A stretch of 64,000 bases of DNA. Source: Octopus sinensis (taxonomy: Eukaryota). Both the position numbers and the translations under genes were made by a program. The stretch is from contig NC_042998.1 in assembly GCF_006345805.1 (NCBI RefSeq), positions 201,872,001 through 201,936,000 on the forward strand, given 5' to 3'. Below the pieces are notes generated by a model, which saw only the letters and a program-made list of their open reading frames with translations, was not told the DNA's origin and did not search any database. Shown piece after piece: positions 13,714-25,442 of the stretch. The stretch's first letter is position 1, and every line of letters begins with the position of its first letter.

Positions 13714-13743
13714 TTTACATAACTAGAAAAGTATAATAATAAT

Positions 13744-13995
13744 GTGACGTACATTTGCCATTTAAATATGGCTAAGCCCTAAGGGTGGATGCTACTATAG
13801 TTTGTAGCACGAGGAGGACACCTCCTCCAGCTGGCTATAGACACACTTTCCGTGCCCTATCAGTGTTTGCAAAGTCTGATAGGGCACAGAAAGTGTGTCT
13901 AAAGCCAGGTGGAGGAGGTGTCCTCCTCGGGCTACAAACTACAGTAGCATCCACCCTTAGGGGTTAGCCATATTTAAATGGCAAATGTACGTCAC
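13744..13995. repeat. ~250-bp near-perfect palindrome
   Basis: Arms gtgacgtacatttgcc...gtgccctatcag and ctgatagggcac...ggcaaatgtacgtcac, ~119 bp each with few mismatches; 12-bp centre. Confidence 0.95.
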
Positions 13996-14129
13996 GATGT
14001 GTTGTAGCTACTATTTATAACTCGCTCTGAGATTTATTATTGCTTATAATAATAATAATATTAATATATAAAAAACATGCTTCACATACAATCCAATAAA
14101 AACAAGAAAATAAATAAGACAGATATTCA

Positions 14130-14133
14130 AAAT

Positions 14134-14209
<76 letters not shown>

Positions 14210-14530
14210 AACACATATATACATATAAATTATACAAATGTACATACATATAAATACATAGGCAAATCGTACATAGTAATCACATGTGCAAAAAACATAA
14301 AGAACAACATTGAACAGTATATCACATTACATTGGATTATCATGCTTCGTATAGTCCAGTAAATGCATTCTAACGTAATATAGTACCACTTTTAACAATA
14401 CCAACAGTAATGTTGTTTTAACCGTAATACTAAACAACGTAGCAAAATTCATGAAACAAGGTACTAAGTATAAATGTTTAGTTTGTACATATATGTATAT
14501 ATATTACATATATATATATTATAATATATA

Positions 14531-14572
<42 letters not shown>

Positions 14573-14665
14573 TATTTATATATATATATATGCATATTTA
14601 TATATATATATATAATATATATATATATATGCATATTTATATATATATATATATATATAAATATA

Positions 14666-14697
<32 letters not shown>

Positions 14698-14728
14698 ATA
14701 TATAATATATATATATATATACATATAT

Positions 14729-14768
<40 letters not shown>

Positions 14769-14775
14769 ATTATTA
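14130..14775. repeat. Compound (CA)n/(TA)n microsatellite tracts
   Basis: Directly visible, with unique spacer sequence between tracts. Confidence 0.9.
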
Positions 14776-14835
14776 TTAACAGGGGAAACAAACTCAATTT
14801 AGTAATACTAAATCAAATTTCACTATATTATATAT

Positions 14836-15838
14836 ATCATCAAGCACAGCAACATAAAAATCTTTGCAGATGACTCCAAGCTACAGAAGGTCATAAATGA
14901 GGCGAGTGACCGGACATGCCTTCAGTCAGATCTACTGGCTGTTATCCAATGGGCAGAAAAAAACAATATGCTGCTGAACGAGGATAAATTTGAGCTAATC
15001 CACTTTGGAAAAGAGGATGCCCTGAAACTCCCATACTCCCTTCCTTCAGGTGAAACTCTCGCGGCGTCCAACAACATCAGAGACTGGGAGTACTTGTGGA
15101 CAACAACGTAAGCTGGGCCACTCTATAAACACCAAAGTTGACATGGCCCGCAGAATGTGTTCCTGGATTCCTCAGAACTTTCCAGTCGAGAGATATCCAC
15201 ACCATTATCCTTCTCTTCTCCACTTTTGCCGACCCCACCTTGAATACTGTTGTCCACTGTGGTCTCCCCACACAATACAAGGTATCATAAAAGTTGAAGC
15301 ACCTCAAAGGGCAATCACAAAAAGATAGATGGCATGACAGGCCTCGACTATTGGGGTCGACTAGAAAAGCTAAAACTCTTATCCTCTCCAACGTCGTCGT
15401 GAGCGCTACATCATCTGCATGATGTGGAAAATATTCCATCAGCATTGCCCAAATGATGTTGGCATCACCTTTAAGGTACATCCAAGGCTTGGGCCCCGTG
15501 CCATCCGCCCAAAACAAAAATCGCACTCTCATCTCATAACAACAATACGGCAAAATTATTTCACCTCAATTGGCCCCGCTCTCTTTAACATTACACCAAA
15601 ACACATTAAAACAGAAACTGACCCTATAGGGTTCAAGAAGTCTTTGGACAGATTCCTTCAAGAAATCCCGGATAAACCCCTACACCCGATATGTCTCTGT
15701 AAACAATAACTCTCTACTTGAGTGGGCCATAGTGCCCAAATTCTGACTTGAAAGACTTCACCAGGTGGTGCTATTAAGTTAGACATGGCCTGGGCCAATA
15801 ATGGCCGAAACCTATCAAAGTATCAAAGTATCAAAGTA
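14836..15838 (+). mobile_element. CR1/L2-group LINE, 5'-truncated, frameshifted
   Basis: IKIFADDSKLQK (FADD at 14863), CLQSDLLAVIQWAEKNNMLLNEDKFELIHF, RPHLEYCCPLWSP, FKKSLDRFLQEIPDKP; 3' tail (atcaaagt)x3. Confidence 0.92.
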
Positions 15839-16012
15839 TATATATATATATATATAATGAAGAGACAGAACCTCCATAAAGTGATACAATTAATAATGAA
15901 AGATATTTCTATAATAAAATATAATTTAAATTTATTATTGATATTATACTAAAAATTACTATACTAAATAATACACATTAAAATTGCTATACTAAATAAT
16001 TCACATTAAAAC

Positions 16013-16117
16013 GACAACGCGTGTTTCGTGACGATATAGCTAAATCGACAATATCAATCGATAATCTCAAAAAATAATATTTCTCCGATCCAACGAAACA
16101 AAAACTCTCTTCAGATC
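16013..16117 (-). ncRNA. Degenerate hammerhead motif at the 3' pLTR of the Penelope remnant
   Basis: gat-CTGAAGA...cac-GAAA-cacgcgt-T-gtc; stem I and III plausible, stem II eroded. Confidence 0.45.
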
Positions 16118-17860
16118 TAAATAACATAAAATAAATTTAAAACATAAATGAAAACATTATTATTAAACTATATATTTAGAAATAATCGATAATATTTAAC
16201 AGTATTATAGAAAAGTATAAGCATAACTTAACTTTATTGACTTAAGGTTATTGACTGTGTAAATTCAATTTTTAAGGGACAGGACGTGTTTCTATGGGAG
16301 CGCTGGGGGGTGAATTTATATATTTTTTAATTTTATAGAGTTGTATTTTGTATTTTTACGTGGATATAATATATTTTAATTAATCTTTGATCTGCATTAC
16401 TGACTGAATAAAGATAAAGGTGAAGATTTAGAATCTGGGGATTAATTTTTGCATATATATTTGTGCCATCCTGTAGGATCTATCTAGTACTATTGTCTCG
16501 TAATTGTTGACGATGAACAGTCCGTCTATATCTCAGAATAAGTTTTGTTTAACCTATGTAATCCTCGTAATATCATTTATATTTATTAGCATATATTAAA
16601 ATTGTTGACGAACAGGTTAAATCGGGTTTTATATGGTAAAAACTTCTTCAGGTTTAAATTCATATTTTGTCACCAATGAGGCTGATGCACCTTCCGTAAA
16701 TAGGATAGCCACACTTTTCGATTTCTTGTGAGGCTTGTGGGTGATTATTTAACACAGGCAAGTAGATTATTAAAGATTGCAATTATTTGTTGTTGTTGAT
16801 TCTTTTATGTATTTTCGAAGGTTATTTTACCCTGGGGTCTTGTTTCAGGACTGGTATGATCCGGTGCATAGTTTTTAATTTTCATTTTTATTACTGAGTG
16901 TTGTAACGCATGGTAGAGTGTTAGGCGTATCTGAACTGTTCTATGCTTTTCGTTGTTATTGAATATCTATTGAATTGACACGTTTCCGTCCTCTATTAAG
17001 ATAGATGGATGTTATCATTCATGTAGTTTTTGTCTCAATTCCCTGAATCTTAGTTACGAGTTTTCTGATTTGAAACAATTGTGCAGATTCTTCTTACGAG
17101 ATTAAGTGGAATATTTGTCTTCATGTTTTGGGGATAACAGGACGAGAACAGCAGGTGTTGTTTAGCACCTTCCGGTTGTAGTGAATGTCTCTATCAATAG
17201 CATTGTCTATTTTAATGATTAGAATGTCCAGGAATCGTAATTGAATTTTACCGTATTCCATGGTGAATCAAATACTTTTGTTTATGATCTTAATTAGGTT
17301 ATTAAACTCAAGAAGCTGTTCAAATATGTGCATCCTTAGAATCAGACAGTAATTTAAGTAAATTTTCCAGCTGTCTCGTAAATATTTATGTAAACTAGAC
17401 TGCATACAATTACATAATACATCAAATGAGAGGACCTCTATATATGCCATGACTAAATTTGTTATCAATCAGAGAAACTTTGGGGTCCATAGAAGCTTCA
17501 TGTATTTGCTTTTAAATATTACATTAAAATCAAAGCAGTTGTTTTCAAGGATAAATTTTAATGTTTCCTCTTCTGGAATTCCACTTGAGACTTTTTGGAG
17601 CCAGAAATATATTGATTCTTGTCCCTATTGGAATCGTAGTATAGAGGTTTACTTCATGAAATGATACAATAATGGTTACTTTGTTGATATTTTGGGGAGA
17701 TGGCTTCACAAATACAAGTCACCTCTTATAAGGTTTGGGACCTGTCTTAAAGTAGTTTTCGATATTATATATATAAAATTGCTGAGAGTATGTTTAAGAG
17801 TTTGACCTTGATGCAATTTGTCTTAATTTACGGTCGATTGGATGTATATTTATACAACTT

Positions 17861-18260
17861 GAAGCGTGGAGGCGCAATGGCCCAGTGGTTATGGCAGCGG
17901 ACTCGCGGTCATAGGATCGCGGTTTCGATTCCCAGACCGGGCGTTGTCAGTGTTTATTGAGCGAAAACACCTAAAAGCTCCACGAGGCTCCGGCAGGGGA
18001 TGGTGGTGATCCCTGATGTACTCTTTCACCACAACTTTCTCTCACTCTTACTTCCTGTTTCTGTTGTACCTGTATTTCAAGGGACCGGCCTTGTCGCTCT
18101 CTGTGTCACGTTGAATATCCCCGAGAACTATGTTAAGGGTACACGTGTCTGTGGAGTGCTCAGCCACTTACACGTTAATTTCACAAGCAGGCTGTTCTGT
18201 TGATTCGGATCAACCGGAACCCTCATCGTCGTAACCGACGGAGTGCTTCCAAAAAAAAGA
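17861..18260 (+). mobile_element. tRNA-headed SINE type C with 9-bp TSD
   Basis: A box tggcccagtggtta, B box ggtttcgattccc; TSD atacaactt at 17852-17860 and 18261-18269. Confidence 0.92.
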
Positions 18261-19219
18261 ATACAACTTAAAATTTATTTTCTTTTAACAGGCACACTTA
18301 AGAGAGTTTTGTTCATATAGATTTACTAGGAGACCTAATAAAAAGCTAATTTTGCATTCACAATTAGGTATATAGCCACATTCTGTCATAGCTAAGCACT
18401 TTTTGTGTTGGTGAATAATTTGGCAGTTTTATCATCATATCCTTTTTTTGTAATTATTTAACTTTTCGTAATAGGTCGTACCTTGGAGTAGAGATAATAT
18501 ACGTTTTGTAGTGTTCATCATCCATATTAATTACAGCATTTATCTTATTTGCATTCATAGTTATAATATCGTTATTGATTTTGAGTTGATGTATAATTTC
18601 CTACTCATTTTGACTGGTGTTACGTTTGAGTTTCTGGTGTAGTATTTCTTTGTAAGAGAAGGTAAAAATATATACGTGTGTGTGTGTGTTTGCGTGTCTG
18701 TGTGATTTTGTGTATATGTGCGTATGAGTGAATGAGCGGGTGTAAGTGTGCGTGAGTGTGTGCTTGAGTATTTAGAAATACATACGTACACACATCCTTT
18801 TCATGTTTTATTATGGATGCTGATGTGTCCCAGAAAGGAATCGCCTAACCGTAGAACTTTCTTTTTGAAACTTATGTTGTGATTTTGATACGGAGCTTTG
18901 CATTATTCCTTTATTTTTGAGCAAAATACTAGTTTGATAACTTTTATTTATTTACAATTAATCGGAGATGAGTTAAGAACAGTAAGGAAATAGAGGTTTA
19001 AAGTTTACATTGTCATTCATTGGCATGCTATGCGAATACAGAGTGAAAGTTTCCCTTTGAAAATGAAGTATATTTCAGATAATTTTTTTTTTTTAAATCA
19101 TAATTGGTGGGGAAAATTTGACATATATACACAGCAGCAATTTTCGTCAATGCATTTTAGGTTCTTTTCAGTAAATTTCTTTATGAGAACTGGTATGGGA
19201 ATTGTTACATTTGTATATA

Positions 19220-19565
19220 CTTCACTCTGTCGGTTACAACGAGTGCTCCAGTAGATCCAATCAACGGCACAGCCTGCTCGTGGCTAAGCACTCCACAGAC
19301 ATGTGAAACCTTAACGTAGTTTTCGGGCAGATTCAGCGTGACGCAGAGTGTGACAAGACTGGCCCTACGGAAAACTGGTACAACAGAAACAGGAAGAAAG
19401 AGTGAGAGAAAGTTGTGGTGAAAGAGTACAGCAGGGTTCACTACCACCCACTTCCGGAGCTTGTGGAGCTCTAACTGTTTTCTCACAACGCCCGGTCTAA
19501 GAATCGAAACACCGATCCTATGACCGCGTTTCCGCTGCCATAACCACCGCTGCCATTTCGCCTCC
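19220..19565 (-). mobile_element. SINE type C with 13-bp TSD
   Basis: Reverse complement of the 17861 family; TSD acatttgtatata at 19207-19219 and 19566-19578. Confidence 0.9.
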
Positions 19566-19614
19566 ACATTTGTATATAGAAATGTATGTGTATGTATATA
19601 TATCTACGCAAATT

Positions 19615-19650
<36 letters not shown>

Positions 19651-21098
19651 GCAAATACATATGCATATTACACATAAAGTCACTTGTCTTACACACACAT
19701 CCGTGCACATATATATGTGTGTAAAAATGTGTGTATAAGGATTTATAGAACATATATGTGTGCGTGTGTATGTATGTATGTATGTATATATATAGATATA
19801 TACACAGACAGTATATATACTGTGTATAAATTCATCTGTATGTATACATTACTGCAGCTATGTAATACATGTGCATACATTCACACATTTAAAAAAATCA
19901 ACGCTCCAGCTTATCACATTCGAATCTCAAATATCAGTTCGACCTACTGCCGCTGCTCTATATATTCCCTTAAAATTGGAATATATTACAAAAGAGGATA
20001 AGAATAATATATAAGAAAGTAACTATGCATATCAACAAATATCTGATTTGAAATTCTGTTACATCCATACGCAATTTTATGTTGTATTATGACTATATAT
20101 ACTCATATATATATATATATCATATGTATCTATGCTCGTCTGTGTGCTTGTGTTTAAACAAAATAATACCGAACCTATCATGGTTTATCCCCAACAGATT
20201 TTAAAATAAAATAGTAGAACTCAAAATGAAACAATGCAACATGTATGCACCTTGAATTGACCCCATATTTCAACGATTAAAATGCTGCAGAGACGAATTT
20301 AACAGAATCATTTTCTTACCAAAATTTTATCACCGCTGCATATAGTGTTGAGCACTCTATGGTGTTGGTAGTAAATTTAGGATATGTTTCTCTGTTGATG
20401 TTTCCTTGGACGTTTGAACCAGTCTTCATCATCCATACCACAAACACAATCCAAATTCCTCTGTGTACGTCGGGACGTCCGTCATCCTCAAATGATTATC
20501 AATTTAATAATTAGGAGTATCTCCATCTTAGAATTTTGAAACCTTCAGCTCATGAGAGATTCGTTAGACAAAATGATAATTAAAACAATCTGGGCCTTTG
20601 CTGAAGCTGGTTATTAGGCAAAAATTCAGTACATTCCGAATGAGGTGTTTACAAAATGCATAAGGATTTAGAAATAATGGAAAATATGAATGGTAAGCAT
20701 TATGGTGATTATAACAATAAAAATAGTAAGGTTTGCATTAATAGGATGAATCGTAAGAAACAATTTATGGATACTAAGAAAGGCAATATAGGAAGAACGG
20801 TCAACAGGGATGGAAAATATTTCGTAACGGATATAATGAAATGAAGTATGCAGCTATGTAAGGAAGGGAGCATACTATTAGTAAGGACATTATAGTCGCT
20901 GTTGATCCTAACAGACATAATAAGGTTATTGGTAATAGTAATAGTAATAATGATAATAGCCATAATAGAATTAAAAATAGCAATTACAGAATCTACACAG
21001 AACGTAGAAATAATTATAAAAATGATATTTGCTAATTAGAGTCTGAGATTCAATATGCCTCTCTTCAAAACATTACCTATATCTATATACTTAAAAAC

Positions 21099-21440
21099 GT
21101 GCGGGGCAATATTAACTATGGTATTAATCTTAGAAAACTGAGAGATCCCATACGACATGTTACAGATTATAATACTCCACACCAGCACCAAATAGCCACA
21201 AACATGGCTCTAGAAAAGCATTTCCCACAATCAAGCAAATACGGTAGCTTACTTGATAGACACACTGTAATATTTATGTACTCAACCACCAGGATTTTGA
21301 CTGCAACTATTGCAGCATATAATATTAGTAAATGAAAAGAGGTTGCTAAAATGGATTTAGCCAACATATATACCTCTACTACTACTACCTACTACTACTA
21401 TTACTACTACTACTACTACTACCTACTACTACTACTACTG

Positions 21441-21471
<31 letters not shown>

Positions 21472-21545
21472 CACTATTTCTACAACAGATGCTGCTACTG
21501 TTTTGAGATTTTGATTTTGAAATTTTAACTTTACTCAGTATGATT
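21099..21545 (+). mobile_element. Penelope-like C-terminal fragment with (CTA/CTG)n tail
   Basis: KHFPQSSKYGSLLDRHTVIFMYSTTRILTATIAAYN resembles the KHFP...FNRNTVKVSYS...I..HN region of Penelope-like ORFs; a second diverged copy lies at ~23000-23230. Confidence 0.55.
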
Positions 21546-21875
21546 TATATATATATATATATATACATATATAATAAAATATTAGGGAATAAATCCAAAC
21601 TTACAGGAAAAAGTCAGATTTAGGATTGAATGCAATTTTAGTAGTATTAGTATTAGTAGTAGTAGTAGTAGTAGTAGATAGTGTTGGCTCTTTTTGATAT
21701 ATATTTAAATAATATGAATTAATAATATTATGTATTGGCTGAAGTTTTTCACTGTATGAATTGCCTAATAGTGGTTTTATCTCTAATTTAATATTATGTA
21801 TATATATATAATATATATATATATATATAATATATATATATTATATAAAACAGTTGCAGCATCTGTTGTAGAAAT

Positions 21876-21907
<32 letters not shown>

Positions 21908-21991
21908 TAGTAATAGTAGTAGTAGTAGAGTAGTAGTAGTAGTAGGTAGCAGCAGCATATATAATATGTGTGTGTGTTGTGTGTGTGTTTA

Positions 21992-22222
21992 AAATAATAA
22001 CTTACGGTATATACGAGATACCGCCATGCTGAAAATAGCAGCCAGGATCTGACCTCAAACCACATTAAGTGTTCATATAGCATAAGGAAGAAGACAAAAA
22101 GACAAAATATACTAGCAAACAATTATGGAAATTCCAGATCCCGGATTTCTGCCTTTGCATTTAGAAATGGTTCGCCGCATCAGTGAATTTACCCAGAGAA
22201 AAAACATAAATACATAATATAT

Positions 22223-22265
<43 letters not shown>

Positions 22266-22495
22266 CAAACAACGATACTTACATATACGAACATATACAT
22301 ACATATATATACATGTATGCAAAGTCAGAAGTGCGGGATCTGGGATTATCCAGTAATTTCTTACTAGTTTTATTCTGTCTTTTTGTCTTCTCTCCATTGT
22401 GATATATAAACACTTAATGTTGTTTTAGAGTCAAATCCTGGTTGCTATTTTCAGCATAGCGGTATCTCGTAGATACCCTAAGTTATGATTTTAAT
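21992..22495. repeat. Inverted pair of a ~170-bp repeat
   Basis: ~21992-22160 matches the reverse complement of ~22319-22495 (e.g. acgagataccgc.atgctgaaaatagca.ccagga). Confidence 0.85.
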
Positions 22496-22551
22496 AGGTT
22501 TTTATTTCCATGCTGGCCACTTGATAAGATCGTTATATAATTTATCCTTAT

Positions 22552-22679
22552 GCGGTTTGGCGAAAGAGACCGATAGAATAAGTACTGGGCTTACAGAAGA
22601 ATAAGTCCCGGGGTCGAGTTGCTCGATTAAAGGCGGTGCTCCAGCATGGCCGCAGTCAAATGACTGAAAGAAGTAAAAA
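22552..22679 (+). mobile_element. SINE type A, 3' tail only
   Basis: aaagagaccgatagaataagtactggg...ccagcatggccgcagtcaaatgactgaa. Confidence 0.85.
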
Positions 22680-23516
22680 AAATTTCTTTTTTTAATTAAA
22701 AAAAAAATATATATATATTGTTATATTTTGGATGGTCATATTGCCAGTTTAGCCAATAAAAACACACGCACTATATATTTGGTGTTATTTTGCTTCAGTG
22801 TTATTTATTTTTTACATTAATATGTATTTATATTTACATTAATATGTATTTATATTTATATGTATTTATATGTGTTATTTATTTTTTACATTAATATATA
22901 TACACATATACATATATATTATGATAGATTACAAAGTCCTTGTTAGAGTAGCATGTTCATGATGTAATTCAGAATCTAATAAAAGTCTCCCCATTAACAC
23001 GCAACAGTCGCACTGTGAAATTCATGTACTCAACCATCAGAATATTGGCTGAAATTATGGTGGCATATGACACTGGTAAATGAAAAGATTTATTAACATG
23101 GGTTCAGTCAACAGATATACTACTGCTACTACTACAGATGCCTTTGAGTTTTTATTTTCAATTTTTAACTTTACTGAATACAATTTATTTTAATTCTATA
23201 TTAAAATAGATTACAAAGTTCTTGTTGAGGCAGCATATTTTTGATACTCATGATGATGTAATTATATGACAAGTATCAGATTAAGTTGCCTTTGATTTAC
23301 TTTAATCTCCTTTATTTAGAATTTTATTCAAAATTTGAAATGGCTTAATCAGAGCAAATTCCTATTAATTAGGAATACTATTTTTCATAAAAAATATACG
23401 GTATTCTTAGAGGAAATGGGATATTAGACTTAATGAATACCATCTTGTCTAATACTTTCTCTCTAGAATTCACATTAAATGAGCCATTCTTAGTTTATAT
23501 GTTGTATACATACACA

Positions 23517-23562
<46 letters not shown>

Positions 23563-23712
23563 GTGTGTGTGTGTCAAAATCATCAGCCCTCTTCCACACG
23601 CACATACAAACTCTATTATACACACGCAAACGCACCTTCGTTTTGAAATCACCACCACTTTATTATCTCCCCTTCTCCCTTGGTTTCCTGTGTGTCCCTT
23701 CCGTCCGGCATT

Positions 23713-23902
23713 CACCACGATAGATCGCTAGCCACTACACATTGTTTATTTTTTGTCCTTGTTTCTCACTGTTGTCCTTTCTGTGGAAGAGCATAGAGAG
23801 TCGAAACTTTAAGACTTTTTCACTTCCTGAGCGTCATACTACTACAATCTGTTTGATGTCTCACCACCTGTCTTCGTCTTTTGTTTCTATTGTGTATTCT
23901 CC
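23713..23902 (+). mobile_element. ~190-bp solo pLTR-like repeat (CUGUNGA family)
   Basis: Homologous to 13016 and 58045; degenerate motif ctttCTGTGGAagagc...tcGAAAc at 23777-23813. Confidence 0.7.
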
Positions 23903-24232
23903 ACACACCCATGCATATTTATATATATATATTATATATATATTAATATATATAATATATATATATAATATATGTATATATATATATGTATATATATCCA
24001 AATCTCAGAGAAATCCAAAGATTGTGCTGACAAGTACAAGCCAACATCCTTAGGAAAAGCCTATCAATTTCAATGTGTGTTTAAATGTACATGAAGATAT
24101 TTGCTACCGCCCCATCCGCTACGCTCACTAATCTTTCCGTCATACTGTAATCTCTCTTATTCTTCACTTACTATGGGACGCTGGGAGTTTCTCAGTGAGT
24201 GATTGACACAAAGAAGATGGGAAGCAAATAAC

Positions 24233-24276
24233 AATATAATAATAATAATGATAATAATAATAATAATATATATATA

Positions 24277-24308
<32 letters not shown>

Positions 24309-24541
24309 GTACAAATAATAATAATGGTATAAATATAATAATAATATAATATAATGATAATAATAATATAATAATAATAATAAAAGTAATAGTAATAATA
24401 ATAATAATAATAATAATATAATAATAATAATAAAAGTAATAGTAATAATAATAATAATATAATAATAAAATAATAGTAATAATGATAATAATAATAATAA
24501 TAATAATAATATAATAATAATAATAATAATAATAATATATA
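24233..24541. repeat. (AAT)n microsatellite
   Basis: Directly visible. Confidence 0.95.
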
Positions 24542-24544
24542 AAT

Positions 24545-25100
24545 GCCCTGATGCATTACCAGACACTGACTCTCATGACTTTTGATCTTAACTGATTGGA
24601 AGTTTTGTCATGGACATGTTTTGTCCTGGTGCAAAAAATGGCCTACAGCAAAAATTCTGCTCAGTACCACAGATTTGCTTGTCAGTTGTTTGACCTTAAC
24701 CAGTTGAGCATGTCCCTTAGTGGCTGACGATATGTGCATCTCTGATCACGAGCAGAAGTAGTGGGGGAGTATCATAGCCATGTGTTGAGAGGAATTCTTT
24801 GGGGTTTGAATAATTCACCTCTGGAAACATGGGTGTTTCGTTCAACATCCTTAAGCAACTCTTATTCAGGGACCTTTTGAGCGGGATGGGCTACTCAACC
24901 TTAAGAAACTTCTAACTGGGCCCCACCTGCAAGGTCATGTGCTGTTTATCTTGATATGAGATCACCATGTCGCGCACATATGGTTGTGATGCATGTGCCT
25001 GGTGTACTCTTATCAGACGGGTAGTCATGATGGGTATATTGGGCTTCGTATATTTTAACCCAGTGTCACTTTGATGGCATGTACTGCTCTCCTCAACTCA
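24545..25100. mobile_element. Unclassified ~555-bp interspersed repeat flanked by (AAT)n
   Basis: Second, internally deleted copy at 28482-28861 in the same orientation; no ORF or tRNA head recognised. Confidence 0.7.
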
Positions 25101-25219
25101 ATAATATAATAATAATAATGAGATATATAATAATAATAATAATAATAAAAATAATAGTAATAATGATAATAATAATAATAATAATAATAATAATAGTAAT
25201 AATAATAATAATAATGATA

Positions 25220-25254
<35 letters not shown>

Positions 25255-25323
25255 TCATGATAATAATATAATAATATAATAATAATAATATAATAATAAT
25301 AATATATAATAATAATGATGATA

Positions 25324-25384
<61 letters not shown>

Positions 25385-25442
25385 TAAGAAGAAGAAGAGA
25401 AGAAGAAGAAGAAGAAGAAGAAGAAGAAGAAGAAGAAGAAGA
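25101..25442. repeat. (AAT)n-(AAG)n compound microsatellite
   Basis: Directly visible. Confidence 0.95.

Larger units (their letters stand above)
13420..13995 (-). mobile_element. Penelope-like 3' end/pLTR with inverted 5' duplication
   Basis: Hammerhead at 13582-13713 plus an adjoining ~120-bp inverted repeat pair (13744-13862 / 13875-13995). Confidence 0.65.
15900..18600 (-). mobile_element. Decayed Penelope-like retroelement (RT + GIY-YIG), interrupted by a SINE
   Basis: Minus frames: NAVINMDDEHYK, KLRQIA, IVSFHEVNLYTTIP (~17629-17673), KFILENNCFDFN, TNLVMAYIE, WKIYLNYC, FTMEYGKIQLRFLDILIIK, LIY...EDYIG*TK..TVHRQQLRD (~16500-16590). Confidence 0.85.

Noticed and set aside
24860-25030. 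HDV-like ribozyme in the 555-bp repeat (gacctt/aaggtc, gc-cccacct-gc)
   Set aside because: P1- and P3-like pairings exist, but I could not close P1.1 or P2 on either strand.
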